A DNA stretch of 64,000 nt from Spirochaetia bacterium (GCA_963677925.2 CAXXYH010000003.1:224001-288000), one strand, 5' to 3'. Shown: positions 9,919-21,347, counted from the first letter of the stretch. Made by a program: numbers and translations. Notes: generated by a model from the sequence alone, not told the origin.

Positions 9919-10765
9919 ACTTTTCTTTGTATCAGATCTTCACGGTGATTGTGAAAAATATAAAAAACTCATTGAAAAAATAAAAGAACTGAAGCCTGAA
10001 TATGTTCTGTTAGGGGGAGATCTTCTTCCGCCGTCTCTTCCTTTAAAAAAAATATACAGTCAGGATAAAGTCAATTTTATAACAGAGTTTTTGACGCCGA
10101 AATTTTCTGATTTGCAAAAAGAGATGCTCATTGAATATCCGGAAATATTTCTCATTATGGGAAATGATGATCCTGCTTTTTTTGAACCCTTTTTAATAAA
10201 TTCTGAATTATGGATTTATCTTCACAACAGAACTTATATTTCAGGAAAGTTTACATTCTGCGGTTACAATTTTGTTCCGCCCTCACCTTTCTTTCTAAAA
10301 GACTGGGAACGTTATGACGTTTCCAGATACTCGGATCCCGGAACTATTGATCTGGAAGATGGAGTCCGTTCTATTCTGATGTCTGAACATGATATTAAAT
10401 GGACGACCATAAGTGAGGATTTAAGCCTGCTAAGTCATAATTTAAATGCTGATAACACCATTTTTCTCTTTCACACTCCTCCGTATAACTGCAGTCTTGA
10501 TTTGGGAGAACTGAACGGTAAGATGATTGACTATGTACCTCTTGATGAGCATTTAGGAAGCATTGCAGTACGCCGATTTATAGAAGATTTTCAGCCGAAA
10601 CTTACACTGCATGGCCATATACACGAGTCTACCCGGATGAGTGGTGTCTGGCTAGAAAAATTTGATTCAACAGTAAGTATAAACGGAGCATCCGAAGGCG
10701 AACTTCTAACTCTGATTATAATAGATTCAGAAAAACCTGAATCGGCACAAAGGCTGCTTATTTAA
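9905..10765 (+). CDS. Calcineurin-like metallophosphoesterase
   Basis: SDLHG, GGD, GNDD, HTPP, HGHIHE motifs. Confidence 0.88.
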   Translation: MLMSKLFFVSDLHGDCEKYKKLIEKIKELKPEYVLLGGDLLPPSLPLKKIYSQDKVNFITEFLTPKFSDLQKEMLIEYPEIFLIMGNDDPAFFEPFLINSELWIYLHNRTYISGKFTFCGYNFVPPSPFFLKDWERYDVSRYSDPGTIDLEDGVRSILMSEHDIKWTTISEDLSLLSHNLNADNTIFLFHTPPYNCSLDLGELNGKMIDYVPLDEHLGSIAVRRFIEDFQPKLTLHGHIHESTRMSGVWLEKFDSTVSINGASEGELLTLIIIDSEKPESAQRLLI

Positions 10766-10804
10766 ATTTTTTCAACATGATTCATTTTTTTCAGTCTGTA
10801 TGTA

Positions 10805-12028
10805 CTATATTAGGCGTTTCATATTTTTTTCCGGTTTTTCGAGCAAGGAGGAAAATAAAAGTGAAATTAACCCAAGTAATGCCGCAAGACTGAAAAGGAA
10901 TTCTATACCAAGCGACTCCCATAATATCCCTCCGCCGATTGCAATGAATATTCCAATGAGGTGGTTAACAGATAAGCCTGTTGCCAGTGTTGAAGTAATC
11001 TCATCCTTTGTATCAGACATACTGCGGGCGTACATATCTCTTGCCATCCCGAAGGCAAACATCACTGCATCAAGAACAAATACTGCACAGATTACTGCAT
11101 AGGCGGTATTAAAAGGCAGGATTCTATGTGCAAAACCATATATAATACATACCAATACAAGAATGATTGAATCAGCAATTAAAACTTTTTTGTACCCTGC
11201 CCTGTCTATAAGTCTGCCTACAACCGGACCGATAAATATATTTATTATTGACCACAGACCGTATAAAACTGAAATAAGTTCAGCACCGGCTCCATACACT
11301 GTAATCAAGACATAGGGTGCGAAAGTAAGAAAAACCTGCTTTCTGGCGCCGAAAAATACTTCAAGCAGATAATATTTTGTGTATTTTTTTCTTATGTAAA
11401 TTTTTTTCCGGTTCACCTTATTGTCTGATTTTTTAAGCCTGAAGGATAATACCAGACCTACAGCAAGAATAAGGAATGCAATAAGGAAAACGGTTCGGTA
11501 TTTAGTAAACGGATCTTCTGCTTTCGTAAAGAATGCAACAGCAAGCATTATAAGAGGACCCAGATAATATCCAACAGCCTGACCAGCGTTTCCGAACCCC
11601 CGGAGTATACCCATTGCAACTCCGTCTTTGCCTTCCCTGGCAAAATGCAGCCCGACTGACTGCCTTACCGGCATCATTATATGTTCACCGGTACTGTAAA
11701 TCATCATCAGAATGACAGCACCGATTCTGTTATTACCGAAAAGAAACAAAAATAGAAGTGCAGTGCCAGTCAGGAAAAATGCGGCCCGAATTAGCTTAAT
11801 CTCTGAAAAACGGTAGAGCACAGCAAGGACTGCAATTAAAAACAGACCGGGGAGTTCTCTTGGAAGCTCAAGCCAGCCGCGTTCAGCCTTTGTGAGCCCA
11901 AGAACCTCATAAAGATAATTATTAAAAACCCCGTTATACAGACCGATTACAATACCAAAAAGCAGCATGGATACAAGAAAGCTCTTTATCCTGCTGCTTG
12001 AATAATAAGTTTTAAGATTCAACTTCAT
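10805..12028 (-). CDS. MFS transporter
   Basis: About 12 hydrophobic segments; GRLIDRAGYK loop motif. Confidence 0.85.
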   Translation of the reverse strand: MKLNLKTYYSSSRIKSFLVSMLLFGIVIGLYNGVFNNYLYEVLGLTKAERGWLELPRELPGLFLIAVLAVLYRFSEIKLIRAAFFLTGTALLFLFLFGNNRIGAVILMMIYSTGEHIMMPVRQSVGLHFAREGKDGVAMGILRGFGNAGQAVGYYLGPLIMLAVAFFTKAEDPFTKYRTVFLIAFLILAVGLVLSFRLKKSDNKVNRKKIYIRKKYTKYYLLEVFFGARKQVFLTFAPYVLITVYGAGAELISVLYGLWSIINIFIGPVVGRLIDRAGYKKVLIADSIILVLVCIIYGFAHRILPFNTAYAVICAVFVLDAVMFAFGMARDMYARSMSDTKDEITSTLATGLSVNHLIGIFIAIGGGILWESLGIEFLFSLAALLGLISLLFSSLLEKPEKNMKRLI

Positions 12029-12034
12029 TCAAGA

Positions 12035-12063
12035 AGTATAATTTCTTTTCAGGTTAATAACAA
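12035..12063 (-). promoter_or_regulatory. Sigma70-like promoter of the MFS gene (leaderless geometry)
   Basis: TTGTTA-17-TATACT, 6 nt before ATG 12028, no SD. Confidence 0.55.
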
Positions 12064-12357
12064 TTCCTCTGCGACACCGTCTTCTTCAAGAGCATCAAGA
12101 ATTTGGTCAACTGCATCTTCAGAATCTACCCCGCCGTACCACGTGTTATCAGGAAAGACTACAAGAATGGGACCTCTGTCGCACATATTAAGACATGAAG
12201 TCATTGCTACAGAAATTGTATCAAGCCCCCTGTCCTGCAGTTCTTCAGTGATATAGGGAATCAGTCCCATGGCACCTTTTTTATGACATACACCCTGAGG
12301 TTCTCCGGAAGCTCTGAAACTTCCGCATACTAAAATTTGTTTATCTGGCTTTTCCAC
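12049..12357 (-). CDS. Thioredoxin-like [2Fe-2S] ferredoxin, nif-associated
   Basis: LVC..GVC..SCLNMCDRGP..PDNTWYG; last gene of the nif operon. Confidence 0.88.
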   Translation of the reverse strand: MEKPDKQILVCGSFRASGEPQGVCHKKGAMGLIPYITEELQDRGLDTISVAMTSCLNMCDRGPILVVFPDNTWYGGVDSEDAVDQILDALEEDGVAEELLLT

Positions 12358-12395
12358 TATCTTCTCCTTTAATAATAATTAGGCATTTTATATAT

Positions 12396-13664
12396 TCAAC
12401 CGCATCCGTTCCCTGAACCGATACAGTTTTTACCTGCTCCGCATACATGCCGCTTTTTTAGATATGCAATACTTTCCCCGTTAAAAATTTTCATTGCGGC
12501 TTCTTCTGCGACACCCTCAATAATGGCGACACTCAAACCTGATTCCGAAAGGATACTCACTGGCTTATCGCCGGCTCCTCCTACAAGGAGATGCGAACAG
12601 TCTTTAAGTGCTGCAGCAATCTCAAGCCATCGGCTGTCTCCGCCTCCAGGCAAAGGAGCTTTTCTTTTATCAGTAACTTTTAAAACTCCGTCAAAGTTTT
12701 CAATGATATATAGATAATCAGCTTCACCTAGATGCCTGTTAACAAGAAACCCTTCCCGGGAAACAAAGGCAACCTTGTCACGTCCGGCTTCGGGTTCCGG
12801 TTCAATTTCTGAGGCGGCTTTCAGAAGATCTGTAATCTCATCTTTCTGCTGCTCACCAAGCAGCCCTACTGCATCAGCCCTGCATCTTTTACAGTGCCTT
12901 GACTGGCTTATATGTTCGGAAGCCTTCGCACGGAAACCCTCAACCGTTTTGCAGTCCGGCTCTTTAATATCAGCAAAGACTGTATCCTCTACAGGTATCA
13001 GCGGTATTATATTCATCATATCGCAGCCGATTTCAGCAGCTTTCCTGGCTACAGGAATTATCTGGCTTTCATTTATTCCGGGAATTAGAATTGTGTTTAC
13101 TTTAACGCTGAGTCCCAATTCCTTAGCCTTTATCATTGTTTCAAGCTGTCTCTCAATCAGAATTTCAGCTGCTTCAAGCCCGCGATAATTACGTTTTTTA
13201 TATCTGGCCCAGTGATAAATACCGGTCCCAATCTCAGCATCAAGTGTATTCATTGTAACAGTCAGATGGGATACGCCGGCCTTCTGCACCTGTTCAAGAT
13301 ATTCGGGGGCACCGAGACCGTTGGTTGAAAGACAGAAAAGCATATCACTTTTAACATTTCTGCATCTTTCTATGGTTTCAATAGTAACTTCAGGCTGAGC
13401 GAAGGCATCACCAGGGCCTGCAATTCCAACTACTCCTAAAGGCATTCTTTTAATTAGCTCTGACAAATAAATCTCAGCCTGGGCAGGATTAAGAACTGAA
13501 GAGGAAACACCAGGTCTTCCTTCATTTATACAGTCATACTTTCTGGAACAGTACTTGCACTGAATATTGCACTTAGGAGCAACGGGGAGATGTACTCTGG
13601 CAGTTGTATGTGATGCTTTTTCATCAAAACATGGGTGTATTAAAGCAGTTTTTGTTTCATTCAT
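12396..13664 (-). CDS. nifB: FeMo-co biosynthesis radical SAM protein NifB with C-terminal NifX-like domain
   Basis: HPCF, HLPVAPKCNIQCKYC, NEGRPG, GIAGPGD, HCKRCRADA, VNRHLG. Confidence 0.96.
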   Translation of the reverse strand: MNETKTALIHPCFDEKASHTTARVHLPVAPKCNIQCKYCSRKYDCINEGRPGVSSSVLNPAQAEIYLSELIKRMPLGVVGIAGPGDAFAQPEVTIETIERCRNVKSDMLFCLSTNGLGAPEYLEQVQKAGVSHLTVTMNTLDAEIGTGIYHWARYKKRNYRGLEAAEILIERQLETMIKAKELGLSVKVNTILIPGINESQIIPVARKAAEIGCDMMNIIPLIPVEDTVFADIKEPDCKTVEGFRAKASEHISQSRHCKRCRADAVGLLGEQQKDEITDLLKAASEIEPEPEAGRDKVAFVSREGFLVNRHLGEADYLYIIENFDGVLKVTDKRKAPLPGGGDSRWLEIAAALKDCSHLLVGGAGDKPVSILSESGLSVAIIEGVAEEAAMKIFNGESIAYLKKRHVCGAGKNCIGSGNGCG

Positions 13665-13674
13665 AATTGCACTC

Positions 13675-15030
13675 CTACATGCTCATATAACCGACTGGAG
13701 ACAGCTCCTGTCTTTTAGCTATAATCGTGTTCGCTGTTTCATCAAGAAGCCTGAGAGCTCCTTCATATCCGATATGCACTTTTCGCTGACCTCCGAATCT
13801 GTCAGTAATTGGAAATCCGGCTCTAATCATCGGTATATCCAGTGCCCTGGCTGTTTTGTATCCCTTAGAGTTCCCAATAAGCAGATCTATTTTTCTCTCT
13901 TCAGCGGCCTTATCCAGACCGGAAAAATCTTCATCGACCATAAGGCTGCATTCCGGATTTCCGTTCTTAGTCTGTAAACTAAGGAATTCCTGTTCATCTG
14001 CATCGGATATTTTTTCTCCGGTCATGCATAGTGACGGAATAATACCTATTTCATTGAGAAACGATGCCATTCCGGATACGAAATCAAATTCACCGTATAC
14101 TGCGGCATTGCAGCTGGAAAAATAACGGTGTGAATCAGAATAAGCATCAAGAAGTCTTGCCCTGTTATTCTGCATTTCATCAGGTAGTTCAATTTTTTTG
14201 CCGCATGCTGCTGCAGCTTTTTTAATCTCATTTATAAAAAGATCTGTATTTCTTATTCCTATAGGCAGCGGGAGAACTGAATAGTTTACATCGGTTTTAA
14301 CCTTTATTACTCCGGCCGGGTTTGCCAGCCTTGTTGAATGCGGTCCAAACTGTATTGTGTAATCAGCACATCCCATAGATTTGATATCATCGACTGAAGT
14401 TCCGCCGGGAGGAATGGGATTGTGCTTTTCCCATGCTCCTCCGTCAAGGGTTTCACTGTAATCAGGCAGCATGACAGCTTCAATATTCATACTCGTAAGC
14501 ATGTACTTAAGATGTCTGAGATCTCCGGGACTTAACATCCATGGAATTATATTCAGCCTGAACCTGTCACTTTCATGTTTAAGTTCAGGAGATTCAGCCA
14601 AACCGGCTAGCGATGAAACCATCTTCATAAAACCGTCTACATGAGTTCCCCTGTAGGAAGCCGTCTCGGCATGAATGTATACCCGTTTTTCTTTTTCAGG
14701 CATTTCCTTCATATACATCCCAACATCTTCACCGATTGTCTCGGCAAGGCAGGATGTTGCGATTCCAATAACCTCGGGGTCATACTTCTGAATCATGTTT
14801 TCAAGCCCTTTAAGCAGGTTTTCCTTACCGCCGAATACGGCTGTGTTTTCATCAAATGATGATGAAGCAATATCAATCGGCTCCCTGAAATGTCCGATTA
14901 AAAATCTTCTGATATATGTTGAACAGCCCTGTGAACCGTGAAGAATACACATGCTGTTTTTTATCCCTTTCATTGCAAGCGAGGCTCCCAACGGCGAACA
15001 TGTCTTACATGGATTTACTGTGTGGTCCAT
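13675..15030 (-). CDS. nifN: FeMo-co scaffold NifN
   Basis: NPCKTCSPLGA, HGSQGCSTY, TSCLAETIG, GFPITDR; downstream of nifE. Confidence 0.92.
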   Translation of the reverse strand: MDHTVNPCKTCSPLGASLAMKGIKNSMCILHGSQGCSTYIRRFLIGHFREPIDIASSSFDENTAVFGGKENLLKGLENMIQKYDPEVIGIATSCLAETIGEDVGMYMKEMPEKEKRVYIHAETASYRGTHVDGFMKMVSSLAGLAESPELKHESDRFRLNIIPWMLSPGDLRHLKYMLTSMNIEAVMLPDYSETLDGGAWEKHNPIPPGGTSVDDIKSMGCADYTIQFGPHSTRLANPAGVIKVKTDVNYSVLPLPIGIRNTDLFINEIKKAAAACGKKIELPDEMQNNRARLLDAYSDSHRYFSSCNAAVYGEFDFVSGMASFLNEIGIIPSLCMTGEKISDADEQEFLSLQTKNGNPECSLMVDEDFSGLDKAAEERKIDLLIGNSKGYKTARALDIPMIRAGFPITDRFGGQRKVHIGYEGALRLLDETANTIIAKRQELSPVGYMSM

Positions 15031-16394
15031 GGATTATTCCTCCTTGCTTCTTTCATAACATCCCATACGGGAGTGTTTAATGTGCTGTAAACCTCTTCTG
15101 CAAAATTGAGCATTCCTTCAAAACCGGTAAGTGCTATCTTGCGTTCATGATTATGATCACAGAAACCTACTCCGAGTTTGAAAGCCATAGGTCTTTCCTT
15201 TACACCGCCTATAAAAAGATCTACTCCAAGTTCCTCTATAAACTGAGCGAGCTCTGACGGATTTGAATCATCAACTATAACTGTCCCGGGATCAGCGAGT
15301 TCTTTCATTTCCTCATAATCCTCGGCAGTACCTGTCTGTGAGCCCATAAGGACTACTTTTACTCCCAGATACTTAAGTGACTTTAGAAGGCTGATAGCCT
15401 TGAATGCGCCGCCTACATAAACTGCGGCCTTTTTGCCGGCAAGTCCGGCCTTGTATTTCATCAGCTTTGGATAAGTTTCTTTCAGCTGACCATGAACGAA
15501 CTCTCTGGTTTTTTCCAGGATTCCCGGCACTTCACTGAAAAACTCAGCTACTGTATAAAGGGCTTCCGCAGTGTCTTCGATACCGAAATAGGATACCTGT
15601 TTAAATGGTATACCGTAATCTTTCTCCATGTCCTTTGCCAGGAACTTTAAAGAACCTGAGCACTGAACGACATTTAATGCTGACCGATAGGAATTCTGTA
15701 TCCTTTCGACCCTTCCGTCGCCTGTAAGAATTGCACCTACTTTTACACCTATTGCGTCGTAGTAGCTCTGTATCATCCAGGCCTCACCGGCAAGATTGAA
15801 TTCGCCCAGTATGTTTATGACAGGTTCCCTTTTTACAGGGACCTTATCAACGTCGGACTTAAGATGTATCAGTCTGCTTAGAGCATTACACGCCGCCTTG
15901 TATCCGTCCTTTTTTGTTCCCTTAAACCCTTCCGAGTGGACGGGTATAACAGGAATATTAAATTTCTCTGAGGTTTTCCGGCAGACAGCCTCCACATCAT
16001 CACCGATGATACCGACGATACATGTGCTGTAGACAAAAACAGCAGAAGGTTTGTATTCAGGAATCAGAGATTCCATTGCGGCCGAGAGTTTCTTCTCTCC
16101 TCCGAAGATGACGTCATCTTCCCTTAAATCGGTTGAAAAACTTTTTCGGTGAAGCTCAGGACCTGAACTCAGGGCACCCCTTATGTCCCAGGTATAAGCT
16201 GCACAGCCGATTGGTCCGTGTACAAGATGAAGTGCATCGGCTATCGGATAAAGAACTACCCTCGATCCGCAGAATACGCAGGCTCTCTGACTTACTGAAC
16301 CTGCAGCTGATACCTTCTCGCCTGTTATTACAAAATTGTCTGTTCCTTTTCTGAAAACCTGCTGTCTTCTTTCTTTTATCAGACTGTCTGCCAT
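15015..16394 (-). CDS. nifE: FeMo-co scaffold NifE
   Basis: QRACVFCG, HGPIGC, STCIVGIIGDD; start moved to ATG 16394 (MADSLIKE) behind an AGAGG RBS. Confidence 0.94.
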   Translation of the reverse strand: MADSLIKERRQQVFRKGTDNFVITGEKVSAAGSVSQRACVFCGSRVVLYPIADALHLVHGPIGCAAYTWDIRGALSSGPELHRKSFSTDLREDDVIFGGEKKLSAAMESLIPEYKPSAVFVYSTCIVGIIGDDVEAVCRKTSEKFNIPVIPVHSEGFKGTKKDGYKAACNALSRLIHLKSDVDKVPVKREPVINILGEFNLAGEAWMIQSYYDAIGVKVGAILTGDGRVERIQNSYRSALNVVQCSGSLKFLAKDMEKDYGIPFKQVSYFGIEDTAEALYTVAEFFSEVPGILEKTREFVHGQLKETYPKLMKYKAGLAGKKAAVYVGGAFKAISLLKSLKYLGVKVVLMGSQTGTAEDYEEMKELADPGTVIVDDSNPSELAQFIEELGVDLFIGGVKERPMAFKLGVGFCDHNHERKIALTGFEGMLNFAEEVYSTLNTPVWDVMKEARRNNPWTTQ

Positions 16395-16447
16395 AGTTGT
16401 CCTCTTTATGCTGCTGCAATTGCTGAAGCTTACGCTCAAGCGACTGA

Positions 16448-17833
16448 TTACATTACCAGCTCAAATCTTTCCTCAGGAGCATCTCTGTCCTGTCTGTCCA
16501 TCATCAGGTTAAGGATCTTTTCCACGATGCGCATTGCACCTGCGTATCCGACAGTCGGTGAATACTGGTGACCGATTCTGTCGTAAATAGGGAATCCCAT
16601 CCTCATGAAAGGAATGTCTTCATCCCTGGCAATATATTTGCCGTATGAATTACCGATCAGAAGATCGATTGGTTCATTTTTAATCCACTGATGAAGCAGA
16701 AACATATCGGCCCTGGGGCCGTTTTTAACGTTCTCAGTTGAAAAATCTCCAGCTTCAAAAACTTCGTTTATCTTTTTCATAAATTTCTTACCTGGAGTTC
16801 CGGATACAATGTGCACGGGTTTCATACCCATATCGATTAAAAACTCAGTAAGAGGAATAAGCTGATCGGGATCACCGTATATACCGACTTTTTTACCGTA
16901 GAGGTACTGCTGCATATCTGATAGTACATCAACTACACGGCCGCGCTCATCGGTGATAGAATCCGGAACCGGATGTCCTGTTACTTCGGCAATTTTCATA
17001 AGGAATCTGTCTGTTGCTCTTATTCCGATTGGCAGATCCATAACTTCGTACGGAACCTTTGCTATTTTCTTTATTTCATTAACTGCAGCTTCGCTTGCAA
17101 AACTGCCTAGCGCAAAGCTGTAATGGCTCTTTCCGATAGTCTCAAGTTCTTCAACCTTTGTACCGCCCTTAGGGAACATGTCATGAACACCGGTCATGGG
17201 GGTATCAAGTACGTTTGAAGTATCAGGGAACATTACATTGGCAACACGCATCTCCCTCATTATTCTTTTAATTTCACGCATATCCGAAGGTTCAACCCAG
17301 CCCGGAACAATGTTTACCTGGTTGGTTTTTTCTTCTTCGTCAACGCAGAAAGCCTTGGCAAATGCTGCAGTCATGGATGAAAATCCGGTTACATGCGAAC
17401 CTACATAAGAAGGTGTACTGCACTGAATAACTTTTTTACCTTCCGGTATTTTACCGTCATCCATAGCTTTCTGTGCAATCTGACTCACATCATCTCCGAT
17501 AGTTTCGGACAGACAGGTTGTATGTACCGCAATCATGTCGGGATTGTACACGCTGAACATAGTGTTAAGAGCTGTTATGAGGTTAGCCTGACCTCCGAAT
17601 ACTGAAGCACCCTCAGTAAAGGAACTGGTGCCGGCCATAACAGGTTCTTTATAATGTCTTGTTAATGCTGAGCGGTGATAAGCGCAGCATCCCTGGGAGC
17701 CATGGCTGTGCGGAAGACATCCGTGAATACCAAGCGCAGCATACATTGCTCCAACCGGCTGACAAGTTTTTGCCGGATTAACTGTTAACGCTTTTCTTTC
17801 CGCTACTTCTGCGGTTGTATGTCTAAGTAACAT
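16448..17833 (-). CDS. nifK: Nitrogenase MoFe protein beta chain
   Basis: NPAKTCQPVGA, HGSQGCC, TTCLSETIGDD, TPSYVGSH; short group II N-terminus. Confidence 0.97.
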   Translation of the reverse strand: MLLRHTTAEVAERKALTVNPAKTCQPVGAMYAALGIHGCLPHSHGSQGCCAYHRSALTRHYKEPVMAGTSSFTEGASVFGGQANLITALNTMFSVYNPDMIAVHTTCLSETIGDDVSQIAQKAMDDGKIPEGKKVIQCSTPSYVGSHVTGFSSMTAAFAKAFCVDEEEKTNQVNIVPGWVEPSDMREIKRIMREMRVANVMFPDTSNVLDTPMTGVHDMFPKGGTKVEELETIGKSHYSFALGSFASEAAVNEIKKIAKVPYEVMDLPIGIRATDRFLMKIAEVTGHPVPDSITDERGRVVDVLSDMQQYLYGKKVGIYGDPDQLIPLTEFLIDMGMKPVHIVSGTPGKKFMKKINEVFEAGDFSTENVKNGPRADMFLLHQWIKNEPIDLLIGNSYGKYIARDEDIPFMRMGFPIYDRIGHQYSPTVGYAGAMRIVEKILNLMMDRQDRDAPEERFELVM

Positions 17834-17842
17834 GACTCTCTC

Positions 17843-19468
17843 CTATTTCTTTATAAAGCTGCCGTACAGCGATTTATTTTTTTCCCATGGTGCGCCGATT
17901 AAACTGAAAATCTTGCTGCTGGTCATTCTGTCTATTTCTCTGTACCAGTTGATTGCACCTACGAAACCTGCATATGGTCCGCCGTAGTCATAACTGTGAA
18001 GCTGTTTCAGGGGTATACCCATTTTCTGTACAGCATATTTTTCTTTTATACCTGCACAGAAGATATCGGGATGATACTCTTCAACCAGTTTCTCCATTTC
18101 GTAATGACTGATGTCATCAATTACATAGGTTCCGTTTTCCATCTCTGGCCAGAGCCCCTCATAATCACTGAAAGTTACACCTTTGGCCTCAAGTGCAGCC
18201 TTCTCTTCTTCAGTTTTTCTCGGACTGTATTTCTCGGGATCCGGTTCAACTGAAAGCTCTTCAATATTCCGGCTGTCAGCATCTACTTTTATAGTAGGAA
18301 GAACATGACGTCCCTCGTAGTCATCACGGTGTCCGAACTCATAACCGGCAGCAAGAACCTTCATTCCAAGCTCTCTGAAAAGCTCCTGGTAATGGTGTGC
18401 TCTTGAACCTCCGACGAAAAGCATTGTTGATTTACCCTCAGTTCTTGGCCTGATTTCTTCAATTACAGCCTCGACGCCTGCAATTTCTTCAGCTATTACT
18501 TCTTCAACCTTTTCCATAAGTTCAGTATCTTCGAAGTATCCGGCAATTTTTCTTAGGGATTTTGCGGTTGCCTCTGCACCGATAAAGTTCACCTTAATCC
18601 AGGGAATACCGTATTTTTTCTCCATCATTTCAGCGACATAGTTTATAGATCTGTGACACATAATTGTATTCAAGTCGGCAGTGTGTGATGAAGCAAAATG
18701 ATCTATAGAAGAATTACCGCTGTATGTTGAAACAAGTGTAATCCCGCATTTCTCAAGGAGATTTTCAATAACAAAGGCATCACCGCCGATGTTGTATTCA
18801 CCAAGAAGGTTGATTTTGTATTTCCCCTGCTTGCCTTCTTCTTTTGTTCCGACAACATGCTTGAAAATCTGGTTATTGGCGATATGGTGCCCAGCCGACT
18901 GGCTGACACCCTTGTAGCCTTCACACGAAAAACCGAAGACATTGCAGTCGCCGAAAGTTTCCTTCATTTCCTTTGCAACAGCATGAATATCATCACCAAT
19001 AAGTCCAACAGGACATGTTGAAAAGATAGCAATCGCCTTGGGTTTGAAAATGTCATAGGCTTCCTGTATTGCCTGCTTCAGAAGTTTTTCACCGCCGAAA
19101 ACGATATTCTCATCCTGCATGTCTGTTGAAAAACAGTATGGCATAAAGTTTTCCTGACCCGGACTGTCTTCCGGTCTTGTCTGATTACGTCTTGTAAGCC
19201 ATGAGTAAAATCCGCAGCCGATAGGACCGTGAGTTATATTAATAATGTCCCTTGTAGGACCTAAAACTACGCCCTTACAGCCTGCATAACAGCATCCGCG
19301 CTGTGTTATTATTCCGGGAATAGTTCTTACATTTGCCTGAATCTGCTGTGATGGTTCATCATTTTTAATGACGAACTGCTTGGCTCTCTTTTTAAGAACT
19401 TTAGCCGGATATACATCCATTGTTCGGTCTTTAAAGACTTCCGAATTTATGTTGTTATTTTCAGCCAT
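17843..19468 (-). CDS. nifD: Nitrogenase MoFe protein alpha chain (group II)
   Basis: RGCCYAG, HGPIGC, STCPVG, SQSAGHH, CHRS, YEFGH followed by the group II insertion, QLHSYDY. Confidence 0.97.
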   Translation of the reverse strand: MAENNNINSEVFKDRTMDVYPAKVLKKRAKQFVIKNDEPSQQIQANVRTIPGIITQRGCCYAGCKGVVLGPTRDIINITHGPIGCGFYSWLTRRNQTRPEDSPGQENFMPYCFSTDMQDENIVFGGEKLLKQAIQEAYDIFKPKAIAIFSTCPVGLIGDDIHAVAKEMKETFGDCNVFGFSCEGYKGVSQSAGHHIANNQIFKHVVGTKEEGKQGKYKINLLGEYNIGGDAFVIENLLEKCGITLVSTYSGNSSIDHFASSHTADLNTIMCHRSINYVAEMMEKKYGIPWIKVNFIGAEATAKSLRKIAGYFEDTELMEKVEEVIAEEIAGVEAVIEEIRPRTEGKSTMLFVGGSRAHHYQELFRELGMKVLAAGYEFGHRDDYEGRHVLPTIKVDADSRNIEELSVEPDPEKYSPRKTEEEKAALEAKGVTFSDYEGLWPEMENGTYVIDDISHYEMEKLVEEYHPDIFCAGIKEKYAVQKMGIPLKQLHSYDYGGPYAGFVGAINWYREIDRMTSSKIFSLIGAPWEKNKSLYGSFIKK

Positions 19469-19490
19469 ATTTAATTCCTTGCTATTACAC

Positions 19491-19868
19491 TCAGTCGAGT
19501 GTTTTCTCGCCTTTTTCGCCAGTTCTAACCCTGATGCTTTCAGCTACAGGGAAAACAAATATCTTTCCGTCTCCAGGATTTCCTGTCTTGTTAATCTTGA
19601 TGATAGTCTGAATAGCCAGCTCCTTTTTATCATCATTGACTACAAGCGTTATCAGCCTTTTGGGAACCAGCCTCGGACCTCCGCCAAGCTGTGAAATTGC
19701 TTCCTGATAGCCATCCTGGGCACCCTTTATAACCTGATAGTCAACAAGCCCCTTTCCGCGGCCGAGAACTCTTCCCGTTGCGGTAAATCCGGAGAAACCT
19801 GCGCTGCTTAAAGCACGCTTGGTTTCATTTATCTTATTCATACGAATAACAGCCATTATCTCTTTCAT
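19491..19868 (-). CDS. nifI2: Nitrogenase-regulating PII protein NifI2
   Basis: MKEIMAVIRMNK, GRGKG, GDGKIFV, RVRTGE; between nifH and nifD. Confidence 0.9.
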   Translation of the reverse strand: MKEIMAVIRMNKINETKRALSSAGFSGFTATGRVLGRGKGLVDYQVIKGAQDGYQEAISQLGGGPRLVPKRLITLVVNDDKKELAIQTIIKINKTGNPGDGKIFVFPVAESIRVRTGEKGEKTLD

Positions 19869-20194
19869 TACATCTCCTTGAATCCGGAGCTGATTGTGTA
19901 AGCTTCTTCTACTTCAGTGATAAAGATTTTACCGTCACCGTATGCTCCGCTTTCAGTTGATTTAGCGTTGTCAAGAATGACTTTAATTACAATATCTTTC
20001 TCAGAATTGGGAACTACCATCATAAGAAGCTCTTTCGGCAGTTCGTCGTACATTATTTCCCCGACTTTAATACCGCGCTGCTGGCCGCGTCCTGCTACAT
20101 TAACTCTTGTTACTGCCGGATATCCGGCTTCCAGAAGTGCATCAAGTACATCCTGTGCTTTTTCCGGTCTGACTATCGATCTTACCATCAACAT
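19868..20194 (-). CDS. nifI1: Nitrogenase-regulating PII protein NifI1
   Basis: IVRPEK, GRGQQRG, YDELPK, GAYGDGKIF. Confidence 0.9.
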   Translation of the reverse strand: MLMVRSIVRPEKAQDVLDALLEAGYPAVTRVNVAGRGQQRGIKVGEIMYDELPKELLMMVVPNSEKDIVIKVILDNAKSTESGAYGDGKIFITEVEEAYTISSGFKEM

Positions 20195-20218
20195 AATTCT
20201 TCTCTCCTCTTTCTTCTT

Positions 20219-21094
<876 letters not shown>

Positions 21095-21115
21095 TTATCA
21101 GCAGTCACTTATATA

Positions 21116-21133
21116 ATGCAGGTAATATGCCAA
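21116..21133 (-). promoter_or_regulatory. Sigma54 -24/-12 promoter of nifH
   Basis: Minus strand TTGGCATATTACCTGCAT, GG-N10-GC. Confidence 0.8.
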
Positions 21134-21347
21134 GTTTTCGGTTCTTGGCGGCAACTTGCCATATTTACCGCAAAATATATGTAAAAGGGCCTAATATTGC
21201 CTTAATTTTTGTTTTACAAACATATTTACAGATATATTTTGTTTTACAAAACAATGTATTTTTTACATTTTGGTATTTTCTAAAGAACCTTATTTACTTT
21301 TTTACATCTGTGTATAAATAGGCAGAAACATGTTTTTACAGAAAGGT

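Noticed and set aside
16448-19468. Alternative (V or Fe-only) nitrogenase
   Set aside because: No vnfG/anfG between D and K; nifEN and modABC are present; NifD has group II Mo-type features
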